Positions 1-6,944 of a DNA stretch of 12,036 nt are shown piece by piece. The translations under genes and the position numbers were made by a program. The DNA comes from a candidate division WOR-3 bacterium (GTDB lineage: Bacteria > Hydrothermota > Tepidihabitantia > Tepidihabitantales > JAOUPE01). A model generated the notes under the pieces. That model searched no databases, was not told where the DNA came from, and worked only from the letters and a program-made list of their open reading frames with translations. Numbering within the stretch: position 1 is the stretch's first letter; each line of letters opens with the position of its first letter. The DNA lies in assembly GCA_039801565.1 (NCBI GenBank), contig JBDRUX010000076.1, positions 1 to 12,036 of the forward strand, read 5' to 3'.

Positions 1-148
1 GTAAATTTCAGAATTAAGCCAAGATTTTTGTTGTCAAAATCAAACCATCCTTATCGAAATGTTAACCTCAAAATTATCGCAAGATTTTTTAATCGGTGTC
101 TGTAGTCTTATAGTTTTCGGCAAGTCTTTCGTGTGCCTTTTTTGAATT

Positions 149-280
149 TTATTTTTCGCTCTCAACCTTCGCCGAATGCTTAATTTTTGCTAAAAGCAAC
201 TTTATTTTCTTATAGCACCACCAGAAGATTGAAATGATAACAAGATAACATAAACCAGTGTTACCGCAATATTGGCACAT
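149..280 (-). CDS. Putative 43-aa single-pass membrane peptide with N-terminal CxxC (MCQYCGNTGLCYLVIISIFWWCYKKIKLLLAKIKHSAKVESEK)
   Basis: Hand-translated and below the ORF-track cutoff. ATG at 280 lies 2 nt after the TAA of the DUF169 gene, with AAGAG upstream. CxxC, then a hydrophobic segment, then a Lys-rich tail. TAA at 151-149. Confidence 0.55.
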   Translation of the reverse strand: MCQYCGNTGLCYLVIISIFWWCYKKIKLLLAKIKHSAKVESEK

Positions 281-282
281 CT

Positions 283-1014
283 TTAGCTCTTTAAGAGATA
301 ATCAACCGGCTTAGTTGGCGAAAGATAACCTTGCACAATTGGAAGATGTAATCTATTGGTCTTTTCAAGTTCTAAGAGTGCATTTGAAATAGTCTTTGAT
401 AATTCAAACGGCATCGTAAAGATTAACTCGTAGTCTTGAAATAATCCATAACGCTTAGCGCCAATGCAAGGAATTGAAAGGTTTGGCTTTTGGGTCTGGT
501 AAGCTACAACTGCGCCATAAGAACATAAAGCTGAACTCACACCATTCCGAAATGAAAGGTCTTTACCAGTAGCAACTGCATAAGCTTCAATCAAGGGTAA
601 CGCCTGACTACTATCAACTATTAAAATCACCAAATCCGGTTCAAGATTATCTAAAGGTCGGACCAGAATCCCTGCAATTTCGCCCAATTTGAATTTCGGT
701 TTGACCGCAATCATCTTCTCGGCAATTTCCCGATTGTCAGTAAATTGTTTCATATGGTGTTCGATATCTTGTTCACTTTGGGGTCGAAAACCAAAGATTA
801 ATTGGGCGGTAAAACAACCCATCTGGTCTTTTGGACAGGCAAGTTGCCATCTGCCCTGACTGGCTAATTTCACCATCTGGCAAAAGGTCAGCTTTTCAGT
901 GGGGATCTTCCCGGTTTTTAACTTCTCGGAGTTTTGACAAAATTTCACTCCGACCGGATACGATTTCAAAGCCAAAGTCCTTTTAAAGACTTCGGCCATT
1001 TCTTTTTGGCTCAT
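283..1014 (-). CDS. DUF169 (COG2043-like) domain protein, Cys-rich
   Basis: 243 aa. Motifs typical of DUF169: 'LKSYPVGVKF', 'TFCQMV', 'EPDLVIL', 'SALCS', 'SIPCIGAKRY...DYEL'. AAGGA RBS upstream of the ATG. Confidence 0.8.
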   Translation of the reverse strand: MSQKEMAEVFKRTLALKSYPVGVKFCQNSEKLKTGKIPTEKLTFCQMVKLASQGRWQLACPKDQMGCFTAQLIFGFRPQSEQDIEHHMKQFTDNREIAEKMIAVKPKFKLGEIAGILVRPLDNLEPDLVILIVDSSQALPLIEAYAVATGKDLSFRNGVSSALCSYGAVVAYQTQKPNLSIPCIGAKRYGLFQDYELIFTMPFELSKTISNALLELEKTNRLHLPIVQGYLSPTKPVDYLLKS

Positions 1015-1059
1015 TTGAACTCCTTAAATTTTTCACTCGTTATTCGGTTTTGCTAATCT

Positions 1060-1299
1060 CTATTTAATTGTTGAAAGGAGTGTCTTCAGTTCTTCGACCG
1101 ACGGCACTTTACCAGCAATCAGAACCTTACCATCAACAACCACTGCTGGGGTTATTCGGACACCGAGTTTAGCATATTCTTTTACATCGTAGAGATGGGA
1201 AATGTCAGCGGTCAGTTTCAATTCCGCACAGGCATTGATTACATTCTTTTCGGTCGCCTGACATCTTGGACAACCCGGTCCGGCAACTATTATCTTCAT
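1060..1299 (-). CDS. Small redox-active disulfide protein / thioredoxin-like (MTH895 type), 79 aa
   Basis: MKIIVAGPGCPRC...GVRITPAVVVDGKV...GKVP signature. Start reassigned from 1428 to ATG 1299, which has an AAGGGGGTGA RBS and removes the overlap with the permease. Confidence 0.9.
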   Translation of the reverse strand: MKIIVAGPGCPRCQATEKNVINACAELKLTADISHLYDVKEYAKLGVRITPAVVVDGKVLIAGKVPSVEELKTLLSTIK

Positions 1300-1316
1300 C
1301 GTCTCACCCCCTTTCG

Positions 1317-2369
1317 CTAAAAGATAAAGTTTCCGAAAAACCAGCCGACCAATGTCCCTAAAATAACGATGGTCGGCACATAAACTAAAGACTTTTTGAT
1401 ACCAAATACTCGAGCGATTGCCAGCCAATTAGGTAAGCTCAAACCCGGTCCGGTAAGCAGAAGTGCTAAGGCTGGTCCTTTTCCCATCCCTAATTTCATC
1501 AGGGTATGGACAAACGGGGCTTCGGTCATTGTCGCAAAATAGCTTATCGCTCCAATCATCGTGGCAAGAAATGAGGCGACAACGCCATTGCCACCCAGCC
1601 AGTTTTTAATCCAATTTTCTGGTAATATCTTGCCGATTACACCAACCACAAAGACGCCGATTAAGAGCAAAGGCAGGATTATTTTAACGAACCACCAGGT
1701 CTCTTGTAGCCAATCCAAAAGTCTTTCTTTGTTAATGACCTTTAAACCATAAATCACCATAATCCCAGTGAAGATTAGCCAAACTAAGACCTTATAGAAA
1801 TAAGAGCCGGTTCGCACCAGATAGTTCGGTAGAAGCAATGATAGAAGAATTAATAAAAGGAAGAGGAAGTCTGCCCTTTTGATGATTTGCTTTTTTTCAC
1901 CGGACGGTTGGGTTGGCACTGACTCGGCACGCTTTTCTTTGGCAAAGAATAGTGTCATCACAAAACCGACAACAAAAGCCATCAGCAAGGCAGCTACAAT
2001 TCTCGCGATAATCATCTTCGAGCCAAGAATACTACCAGTGTAAATTAAAGCAAGGATATTAGCAGCCGGGGCAACCCAAAGAACAATGAATGCCACGCCA
2101 ACGCCAGCGCCACTGTAGTATAGTCCACTTGAGACCGGTATTACCGTGCAAGAGCAAGCAGCGACAAAGAAACTGGCGATACTCGCTAATGAGAAAGATT
2201 TCAATTTATTCGCCTTTTCGCCCAAGTATTCTAAGATTGCCTCCCGGTTGATAAAAGTTACCATTGCACCAGCAAGAAGAAATGCTGGGACAAGGCAAGT
2301 TAAAACATGGGTTGCAATATAGTCTTTCAGAGCAAGCAGCCCAGCCAAAATCAAATCTTTGACTATCAT
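1317..2369 (-). CDS. ArsP/DUF318-family permease
   Basis: Multi-pass hydrophobic protein with 'HVLTCLVPAFLLAGA', 'ACSCTVIP', 'YFATMTEAP' and 'GPALALLLTGPGLSLP' motifs. Start reassigned to ATG 2369 (ATGA overlap with the upstream stop, GAGGAG upstream). Confidence 0.88.
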   Translation of the reverse strand: MIVKDLILAGLLALKDYIATHVLTCLVPAFLLAGAMVTFINREAILEYLGEKANKLKSFSLASIASFFVAACSCTVIPVSSGLYYSGAGVGVAFIVLWVAPAANILALIYTGSILGSKMIIARIVAALLMAFVVGFVMTLFFAKEKRAESVPTQPSGEKKQIIKRADFLFLLLILLSLLLPNYLVRTGSYFYKVLVWLIFTGIMVIYGLKVINKERLLDWLQETWWFVKIILPLLLIGVFVVGVIGKILPENWIKNWLGGNGVVASFLATMIGAISYFATMTEAPFVHTLMKLGMGKGPALALLLTGPGLSLPNWLAIARVFGIKKSLVYVPTIVILGTLVGWFFGNFIF

Positions 2370-2611
2370 TTTCCCTTCTCCTCTTCCAGCCATTTTTTAA
2401 TCTCAGATTTGGCTGGGACTTTACCAAAACATTTCACCTTACCATTAATAACTAAAGCCGGTGTCATAAAGACCTTATACTCTGCGATCTTTTTTAGGTC
2501 GGTTACTTTTTGGACATCAGCGGCAAGATTCATTTCGGCTAAGACTTCCAAAGTTCTTTTTTCAAGTTCCTGGCATCTCGGACAACCAGTTCCTAAGATT
2601 CGTATCTCCAT
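2366..2611 (-). CDS. Small redox-active disulfide protein / thioredoxin-like (MTH895 type), 81 aa
   Basis: MEIRILGTGCPRC...VFMTPALVINGKVK..GKVP signature; AAGGAG RBS. Confidence 0.92.
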   Translation of the reverse strand: MEIRILGTGCPRCQELEKRTLEVLAEMNLAADVQKVTDLKKIAEYKVFMTPALVINGKVKCFGKVPAKSEIKKWLEEEKGK

Positions 2612-2638
2612 CTTTTCTCCTTTCTCGGAAGAAAATCT

Positions 2639-2700
2639 GCCACAGAGTCACCGAGGACACAGAGAAGAAATTCATCTCTGTGCTTTCCGTCCTCTGTGGC
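2639..2700. repeat. Intergenic nested inverted repeat (REP-like hairpin built of CACAGAG / CTCTGTG units)
   Basis: GCCACAGAG (2639-2647) pairs with CTCTGTGGC (2692-2700). CACAGAGA (2658-2665) pairs with TCTCTGTG (2675-2682). Confidence 0.8.
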
Positions 2701-2709
2701 TTATTCTTT

Positions 2710-3411
2710 CTATGATGTTAGGATTAAATATAATCCACCAAGAATGACTAAAATACCACATATCTTTTTAAGCACGACAGCACCTTTTGACTTTTCAGTC
2801 CAATGTAAATAGTGAGTTACGGTTTCGGTTAGCGAACCGGCAAGCACGATTACCGAACAATGCCCGATGCCATAAGCCAATAAAAGACTAATTGCATAAA
2901 CCATCTTTTCTGCCGCAACCTTAAAGACAACTGCAAGCATCGGTGCCATATAGGCAAATGTGCAAGGACCTAAGGCAAGACCAAAAATCAAACCAAGGAT
3001 AAAAGCGCCGAGTAAACCTTTCTGTTTTACCTGTCTGCCACTGGCACCTGACCAGGGGAATGGAATAACATCAAGCAGATACAAGCCGATGACAAAAAAG
3101 ATGACCGCTACGATATAGTTACCAATCTTTCCAATATCACCCATCATTCGTCCTGCCAGTGCAGTAATTAGACCAACCAGTCCAATGGTCAAAAGTATTC
3201 CGGATGCAAATATTAACGATATCCAGAATGCCCTTTTTATCGAGATTTGTCCTTGTTGGTCAATATAGCCAACTACTAATGGAATACTGGCAAGGTGGCA
3301 GGGGCTTAAAATTATGCTTAAGATTCCCCAGACCAAAGAGGCGCCAAGTGCAATTAATGGACTACCTTCAACCGCTCTGGTTAGATTGGTTAAAAGCTCA
3401 ACGAACATCAC
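2710..3411 (-). CDS. ccdA: CcdA / DsbD transmembrane-domain thiol:disulfide electron transporter
   Basis: About 6 TM segments with the two conserved PC motifs 'LSPCHLASIP' and 'LGPCTFAYMAP'. Start is GTG 3411 (GTGA overlap) or ATG 3408. Confidence 0.88.
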   Translation of the reverse strand: MMFVELLTNLTRAVEGSPLIALGASLVWGILSIILSPCHLASIPLVVGYIDQQGQISIKRAFWISLIFASGILLTIGLVGLITALAGRMMGDIGKIGNYIVAVIFFVIGLYLLDVIPFPWSGASGRQVKQKGLLGAFILGLIFGLALGPCTFAYMAPMLAVVFKVAAEKMVYAISLLLAYGIGHCSVIVLAGSLTETVTHYLHWTEKSKGAVVLKKICGILVILGGLYLILTS

Positions 3412-4445
3412 TTAATTCCCATCTTATTTAATTGGGCAACAATATCGGCTTCGGACATAAAACCTTGATGCCGGAATACCTCATTACCTTTGGCATCAAA
3501 GAAAATTTGAGTTGGAATCATCATTATTCGGTATTTGTGGGAAAGTGCGGCATATTCACCAACATCAAGGATTAGAATCTCAACCTTGCCTGCATAATCC
3601 TTTTGCAATTTTTCTAAAATCGGTTGCATCATCTTACAAGGGATACAGGTGCCACGCCCAAAATCGGCTAAAACTGGTCGACCGGTTTTGAGTGCCTTAT
3701 TTAATGGATTATCCGCCATCAATGCCTCTTGTCGCTTAACCCACTGCTCATTACGCACAATCTTTGCCTTTGCCTTAAGGTTATTTAGATATTCTTCGAT
3801 GATTCGTCGTTGTTTCTCTTCCAGTGCCATCGGTCTTATTTGTTCTTTTACTGCTTCGTAATCCTTATTTGGTAGTTGGTCTTGATACTGATTAAAAAAC
3901 TCGCGCAGTTCGGATTCACTGACCGAAATATCTGCCAAAATATTTTTGAAGAGAAGATTGATTGCAATATCCTCTTGCTGATTTGGATTTCTACTAACTG
4001 CATCTTGATATTCCTTCTGTTCATTAACCTTTCGTTTTCTGGCATCCTGCAACAAAAGTTCTCGGGTTATCAGTTCTTCAAGAAAACCAACTTTATCGTC
4101 TTTGAAGACTTCTTTTATTTGCACTGGTAAAGTATTAAAGATGCTATCGAATTTTCTCTGGGTTATCTTTTCATCATTCACGATGGCTAATTCGTCTTTG
4201 GCTAATGAGGATTCAGGGGTAATCGCTTTGCTTTTCGGTTCTTCTTTTTGCTTGATGCTATCAATCGGTTTTTTATTTTCCAGTGCCAAAGTTTCTTTGG
4301 GTTGACTAAGAACCAATGAATCTTTGGTAACTTCTTTTCGGGTCGCTACTTTAGTCGTGCCTTTTGATTTAAGCACAATTGTAATTGCAATTACAATTAA
4401 AAGAAGGATAACGACGCTAATTCGATAGAAGGTCTTTTGCTTCAT
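3408..4445 (-). CDS. Membrane-anchored exported thioredoxin with N-terminal SurA/PrsA-like helical domain
   Basis: N-terminal TM segment and Lys-rich linker, then the 'LAIVNDEKIT...FLEELITRELLLQDA...VSESELREFF...YLNNLKAKAKI' foldase-like body. C-terminal 'DFGRGTCIPC...IPTQIFFD' thioredoxin fold. Confidence 0.8.
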   Translation of the reverse strand: MKQKTFYRISVVILLLIVIAITIVLKSKGTTKVATRKEVTKDSLVLSQPKETLALENKKPIDSIKQKEEPKSKAITPESSLAKDELAIVNDEKITQRKFDSIFNTLPVQIKEVFKDDKVGFLEELITRELLLQDARKRKVNEQKEYQDAVSRNPNQQEDIAINLLFKNILADISVSESELREFFNQYQDQLPNKDYEAVKEQIRPMALEEKQRRIIEEYLNNLKAKAKIVRNEQWVKRQEALMADNPLNKALKTGRPVLADFGRGTCIPCKMMQPILEKLQKDYAGKVEILILDVGEYAALSHKYRIMMIPTQIFFDAKGNEVFRHQGFMSEADIVAQLNKMGIK

Positions 4446-5287
4446 TCTAAACCCGCCTTTCTAAGTTGGGTAAGAATATCGGCTTTTGAATAAAAGCCCA
4501 TATGTCTGAAGGTCTCATTGCCTAAGGTATCAAAAAATATCTGGGTTGGGATTACGACAATCTGATACTTTCGGGTTAGTTGCGGATACTCATCAACATT
4601 CAAGAGCAAAATATTCGCTTTATCCTTATACTCTTTTTGTAATTCAGCCACGATTGGTTTCATCTGGATACAAGGCAAACAGTTATCTGCCCCAAAATCA
4701 ACCATTGTCGGCAGTTTACTCTTTAAGGCTTTTTGGATTGGATTTGATATTCGCTTCGCTTCTGCCTTTAACCATTTTTCATTATAGGTAATCTTTGCCT
4801 CTTGGCGTAAGTAAGCAAAATAGCTCTTAAGCGCTTCGGTCTCTTTTTGCTTAAATAAAATTTGATAAATCTGAGGCTTTATTTGGTTATAAGTCAAACC
4901 CTTCATCTTTTCTCTTTGGTCTTTGAAATATTTTAGCATCGCTTCTTCACTCACTTGAATTTTTGACCGGATTTCTCGATTTAGTAATTCGTCAATTAAG
5001 ATTTGATTGCGAAGAAGTTTATTTTGGGTAATCAGGAATTTAACTTCGTTTATCGTATCCAACTTTTGTCTTAATGCCTCCTGCCGTGCCAATTCCTGAT
5101 TGATTAACTCTTCTAAAAAACTTGGATAATCTTCAAGAAAATCTTCTTGCCGTGCCAAAGGTAATTTTTCCAACTCCTGTTGCAAAAATTTCAACGAAAT
5201 CTTCTTACCGTTTACCACTGCAATGGTCCGGGCAAAGGCAGAATAAAAAATTGTTGTTACAATTAGACCAAAGATAATCTTTTTCAT
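4442..5287 (-). CDS. Secreted thioredoxin with N-terminal SurA/PrsA-like helical domain (paralog of 3408-4445)
   Basis: Sec signal ending in AFA, then 'IAVVNGKKIS...FLEELINQELARQEA...VSEEAMLKYF...YLRQEAKI'. C-terminal 'DFGADNCLPC...IPTQIFFD'. Confidence 0.8.
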   Translation of the reverse strand: MKKIIFGLIVTTIFYSAFARTIAVVNGKKISLKFLQQELEKLPLARQEDFLEDYPSFLEELINQELARQEALRQKLDTINEVKFLITQNKLLRNQILIDELLNREIRSKIQVSEEAMLKYFKDQREKMKGLTYNQIKPQIYQILFKQKETEALKSYFAYLRQEAKITYNEKWLKAEAKRISNPIQKALKSKLPTMVDFGADNCLPCIQMKPIVAELQKEYKDKANILLLNVDEYPQLTRKYQIVVIPTQIFFDTLGNETFRHMGFYSKADILTQLRKAGLE

Positions 5288-5676
5288 TTTACCCTTTTAA
5301 GATTGCATCTCATACCAATAACCACCTTACCGTCTTTTCTTAATGACAACCTTTTTTCTAATCTTTTTCTATCTTCGGCAAAAAGTTTTTCGGGGATGGC
5401 ACGGATTGCTTCGAGTAATCGCTTTTGAATCAAATTTTTTGGTTTTGCAAGCGCATAAAAAACCCATTTTCCTTCTTTGCGTTCTTGCACGAAACCGGCA
5501 AACTTAAGAATCTTAAGATGTCTGGAGACATTATATTGGCTTTCGTTCAAAGCGTCCATAATCTCGCAGACACAAAGTTCTGATTTTGCCTTGAGTAATA
5601 TCCAAATTATCCGTAATCGTATTTCCTCGGCTATCGCCTTAAATAAATCCACCAATTCTTCAGTTTTTGCTATCAT
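5284..5676 (-). CDS. arsR: ArsR/SmtB-family metalloregulatory repressor (130 aa)
   Basis: 'FKAIAEEIRLRI', 'ELCVCEI', 'SQYNVSRHLKILK.AGFV..RKEGKWVFY'. Start moved from 5700 to 5676 because ATG 5700 directly abuts the predicted -10 box and lies upstream of the expected transcription start. Confidence 0.9.
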   Translation of the reverse strand: MIAKTEELVDLFKAIAEEIRLRIIWILLKAKSELCVCEIMDALNESQYNVSRHLKILKFAGFVQERKEGKWVFYALAKPKNLIQKRLLEAIRAIPEKLFAEDRKRLEKRLSLRKDGKVVIGMRCNLKRVK

Positions 5677-5682
5677 ATTCTT

Positions 5683-5702
5683 ATATGCACTTTTATGCAT
5701 AT
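5683..5702. promoter_or_regulatory. Probable ArsR operator (ATATGCA-N6-TGCATAT inverted repeat)
   Basis: Perfect 7-6-7 palindrome overlapping the -10/+1 region directly upstream of arsR. It resembles ArsR/SmtB ATATG...CATAT operators. Confidence 0.7.
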
Positions 5703-5729
5703 GATAATGGAAAAATTGGTAATTGTCAA
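5701..5729 (-). promoter_or_regulatory. Sigma70-type promoter of the arsR operon
   Basis: TTGACA (5729-5724), 17-nt spacer, TATCAT (5706-5701). Confidence 0.75.
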
Positions 5730-5909
5730 TGACAATTTAATTTGCCTGGCAAACTGTTGCTTTTAACCCTGAAATTCCCATAAGTAAGTTAAAACTACCT
5801 AACAAATTCTAAACGATAATTTAAGAGTCAATTCCCCAAAACGAACTTTTAGTAAATTGAAGAAATTGGGGTTTGCTTGCGGGAACTAATTAGAATGTAA
5901 TGGATTCTT

Positions 5910-6485
5910 TTATGGCTGGTATTCGAATTCCAAATGGATTTTTAATTGGTTGGATTGGTATTCTTGCGGTAATGGTGGTAAATTGCGCGTGGCTAAAACT
6001 GCTCGTAGCGCGGATTGGTCATAAATCGAATTTTTCGAACTGGTTTCAATCTTAGCTTGAGTTATTGTGCCGTCGCGCTCGATAATAAAGAATATCGTGC
6101 ATTTAAATTGGTAGTTACTGCTGGCATAGGGGTTAATCCAATTCTCGCCAATTCGTGACAGAACAATCTGGAGATAATAAGAATATTCAAAACCTTCGGC
6201 TCGGGCACCTAACCCGGCTTTGGTCTTAACTATCCCGCTCGATTTGGTTTGTGTCTTTGGTTTCTCAGTTGGCTTTTTGACCGGCTCGGGCTTAGCCGAA
6301 GTCTTATTGACAACCGCAATGGCTGGCTTGGGTGCTTCCTCCGCTTCAAAACCGCTGACCAAACTGACCCGATAAACTAATGGATAGGGTCGCGTTTTCG
6401 TCTTTTTAGTTGTTGCTCCAAAGACGGCAAAGAAGAAACAAATTGCAAGATGTCCGAATAGCGAAAAGAAGAATTCTTTGGTCAT
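5910..6485 (-). CDS. TolA/TonB-family energy transducer (short)
   Basis: N-terminal TM with SxxxH ('SLFGH'), Pro/Lys-rich linker, and C-terminal 'YYLQIV..RI..NW...F.I.RDG.I....IETSS....YDQSALRAV...LPPLP' TonB_C-like domain. Follows tolQR. Confidence 0.85.
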   Translation of the reverse strand: MTKEFFFSLFGHLAICFFFAVFGATTKKTKTRPYPLVYRVSLVSGFEAEEAPKPAIAVVNKTSAKPEPVKKPTEKPKTQTKSSGIVKTKAGLGARAEGFEYSYYLQIVLSRIGENWINPYASSNYQFKCTIFFIIERDGTITQAKIETSSKNSIYDQSALRAVLATRNLPPLPQEYQSNQLKIHLEFEYQP

Positions 6486-6515
6486 CGTTTAAAACCGATT
6501 GCACCGGTTAAGCAA

Positions 6516-6929
6516 TCATCTTCGGCTGGGAAGTCTTGGCTCAGCGACTAATCCCAAATTTTCAATCCCAGCCTCCCGAACCTTACCAATAACTTCAATG
6601 ACTAATCCATAATTCACTGATGCATCGGCTTGGAGAAAAACCCGGTCAGTGCCCTTCTTAGCGATAGTTTGGTTCAAGACGGTGTTGAATTCTTTTAATG
6701 TCACCAACTTTTGTTCAATATAAATCTCTTGGTTTTTCGTGATTGATATGATCACGGCACTACCGAGCTTTGGCTTGGCGGCTGAGGTGCGAGGTAGATT
6801 GACATCAATGCCAGCCCGGGTCAAAGCCGCACTGACACCAGCCACAATAAAAATAATCAATAGTGTCGTTGCCACATCGGCTAATGAGGTTATCGTCATT
6901 TCCGAGACTGGTCGTAACCGATTCTTCAT
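6516..6929 (-). CDS. tolR: TolR/ExbD biopolymer transport protein
   Basis: 'ITSLADVATTLLIIFIV' with the conserved Asp, 'IDVNLP', 'VFLQADASVNYGLVIEV...AGIENLGLV'. Confidence 0.88.
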   Translation of the reverse strand: MKNRLRPVSEMTITSLADVATTLLIIFIVAGVSAALTRAGIDVNLPRTSAAKPKLGSAVIISITKNQEIYIEQKLVTLKEFNTVLNQTIAKKGTDRVFLQADASVNYGLVIEVIGKVREAGIENLGLVAEPRLPSRR

Positions 6930-6944
6930 CTTAAAAATTATATT

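Noticed and set aside
60..145. Minus-strand AAAGGCACAC-GAAAG...GCCGAAAACTATAAGACTA, loosely reminiscent of a c-di-GMP-I riboswitch; also a weak GGCA/TGCC hairpin with a T tract on the plus strand
   Set aside because: The stem that should flank the GAAA tetraloop is missing and the pairing is poor. It cannot be supported without a covariance-model search.
1300..1428. N-terminal extensions in the ORF track (1428, 2393, 5700, 8462 starts)
   Set aside because: They overlap upstream genes, the promoter or a hairpin. Downstream ATGs fit the RBS and family N-termini better.
2366..5287. TGA stops in redox genes as possible selenocysteine codons
   Set aside because: Each TGA is part of an ATGA/GTGA overlap with the next start, at the natural end of a complete domain. 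All CxxC motifs are already Cys-encoded.
5747..5760. TGGCAAACTGTTGC as a sigma54 promoter
   Set aside because: GG-to-GC spacing is 9 nt rather than the required 10, and it points away from arsR.
1..5909. arsR block as a mobile element with terminal repeats (short CGATAATTT-like matches near 70-80 and 5814-5822; CAAGATTTTT repeated at 20 and 80)
   Set aside because: The matches are short and AT-rich, as expected by chance. No transposase, integrase or tRNA is present in the window.
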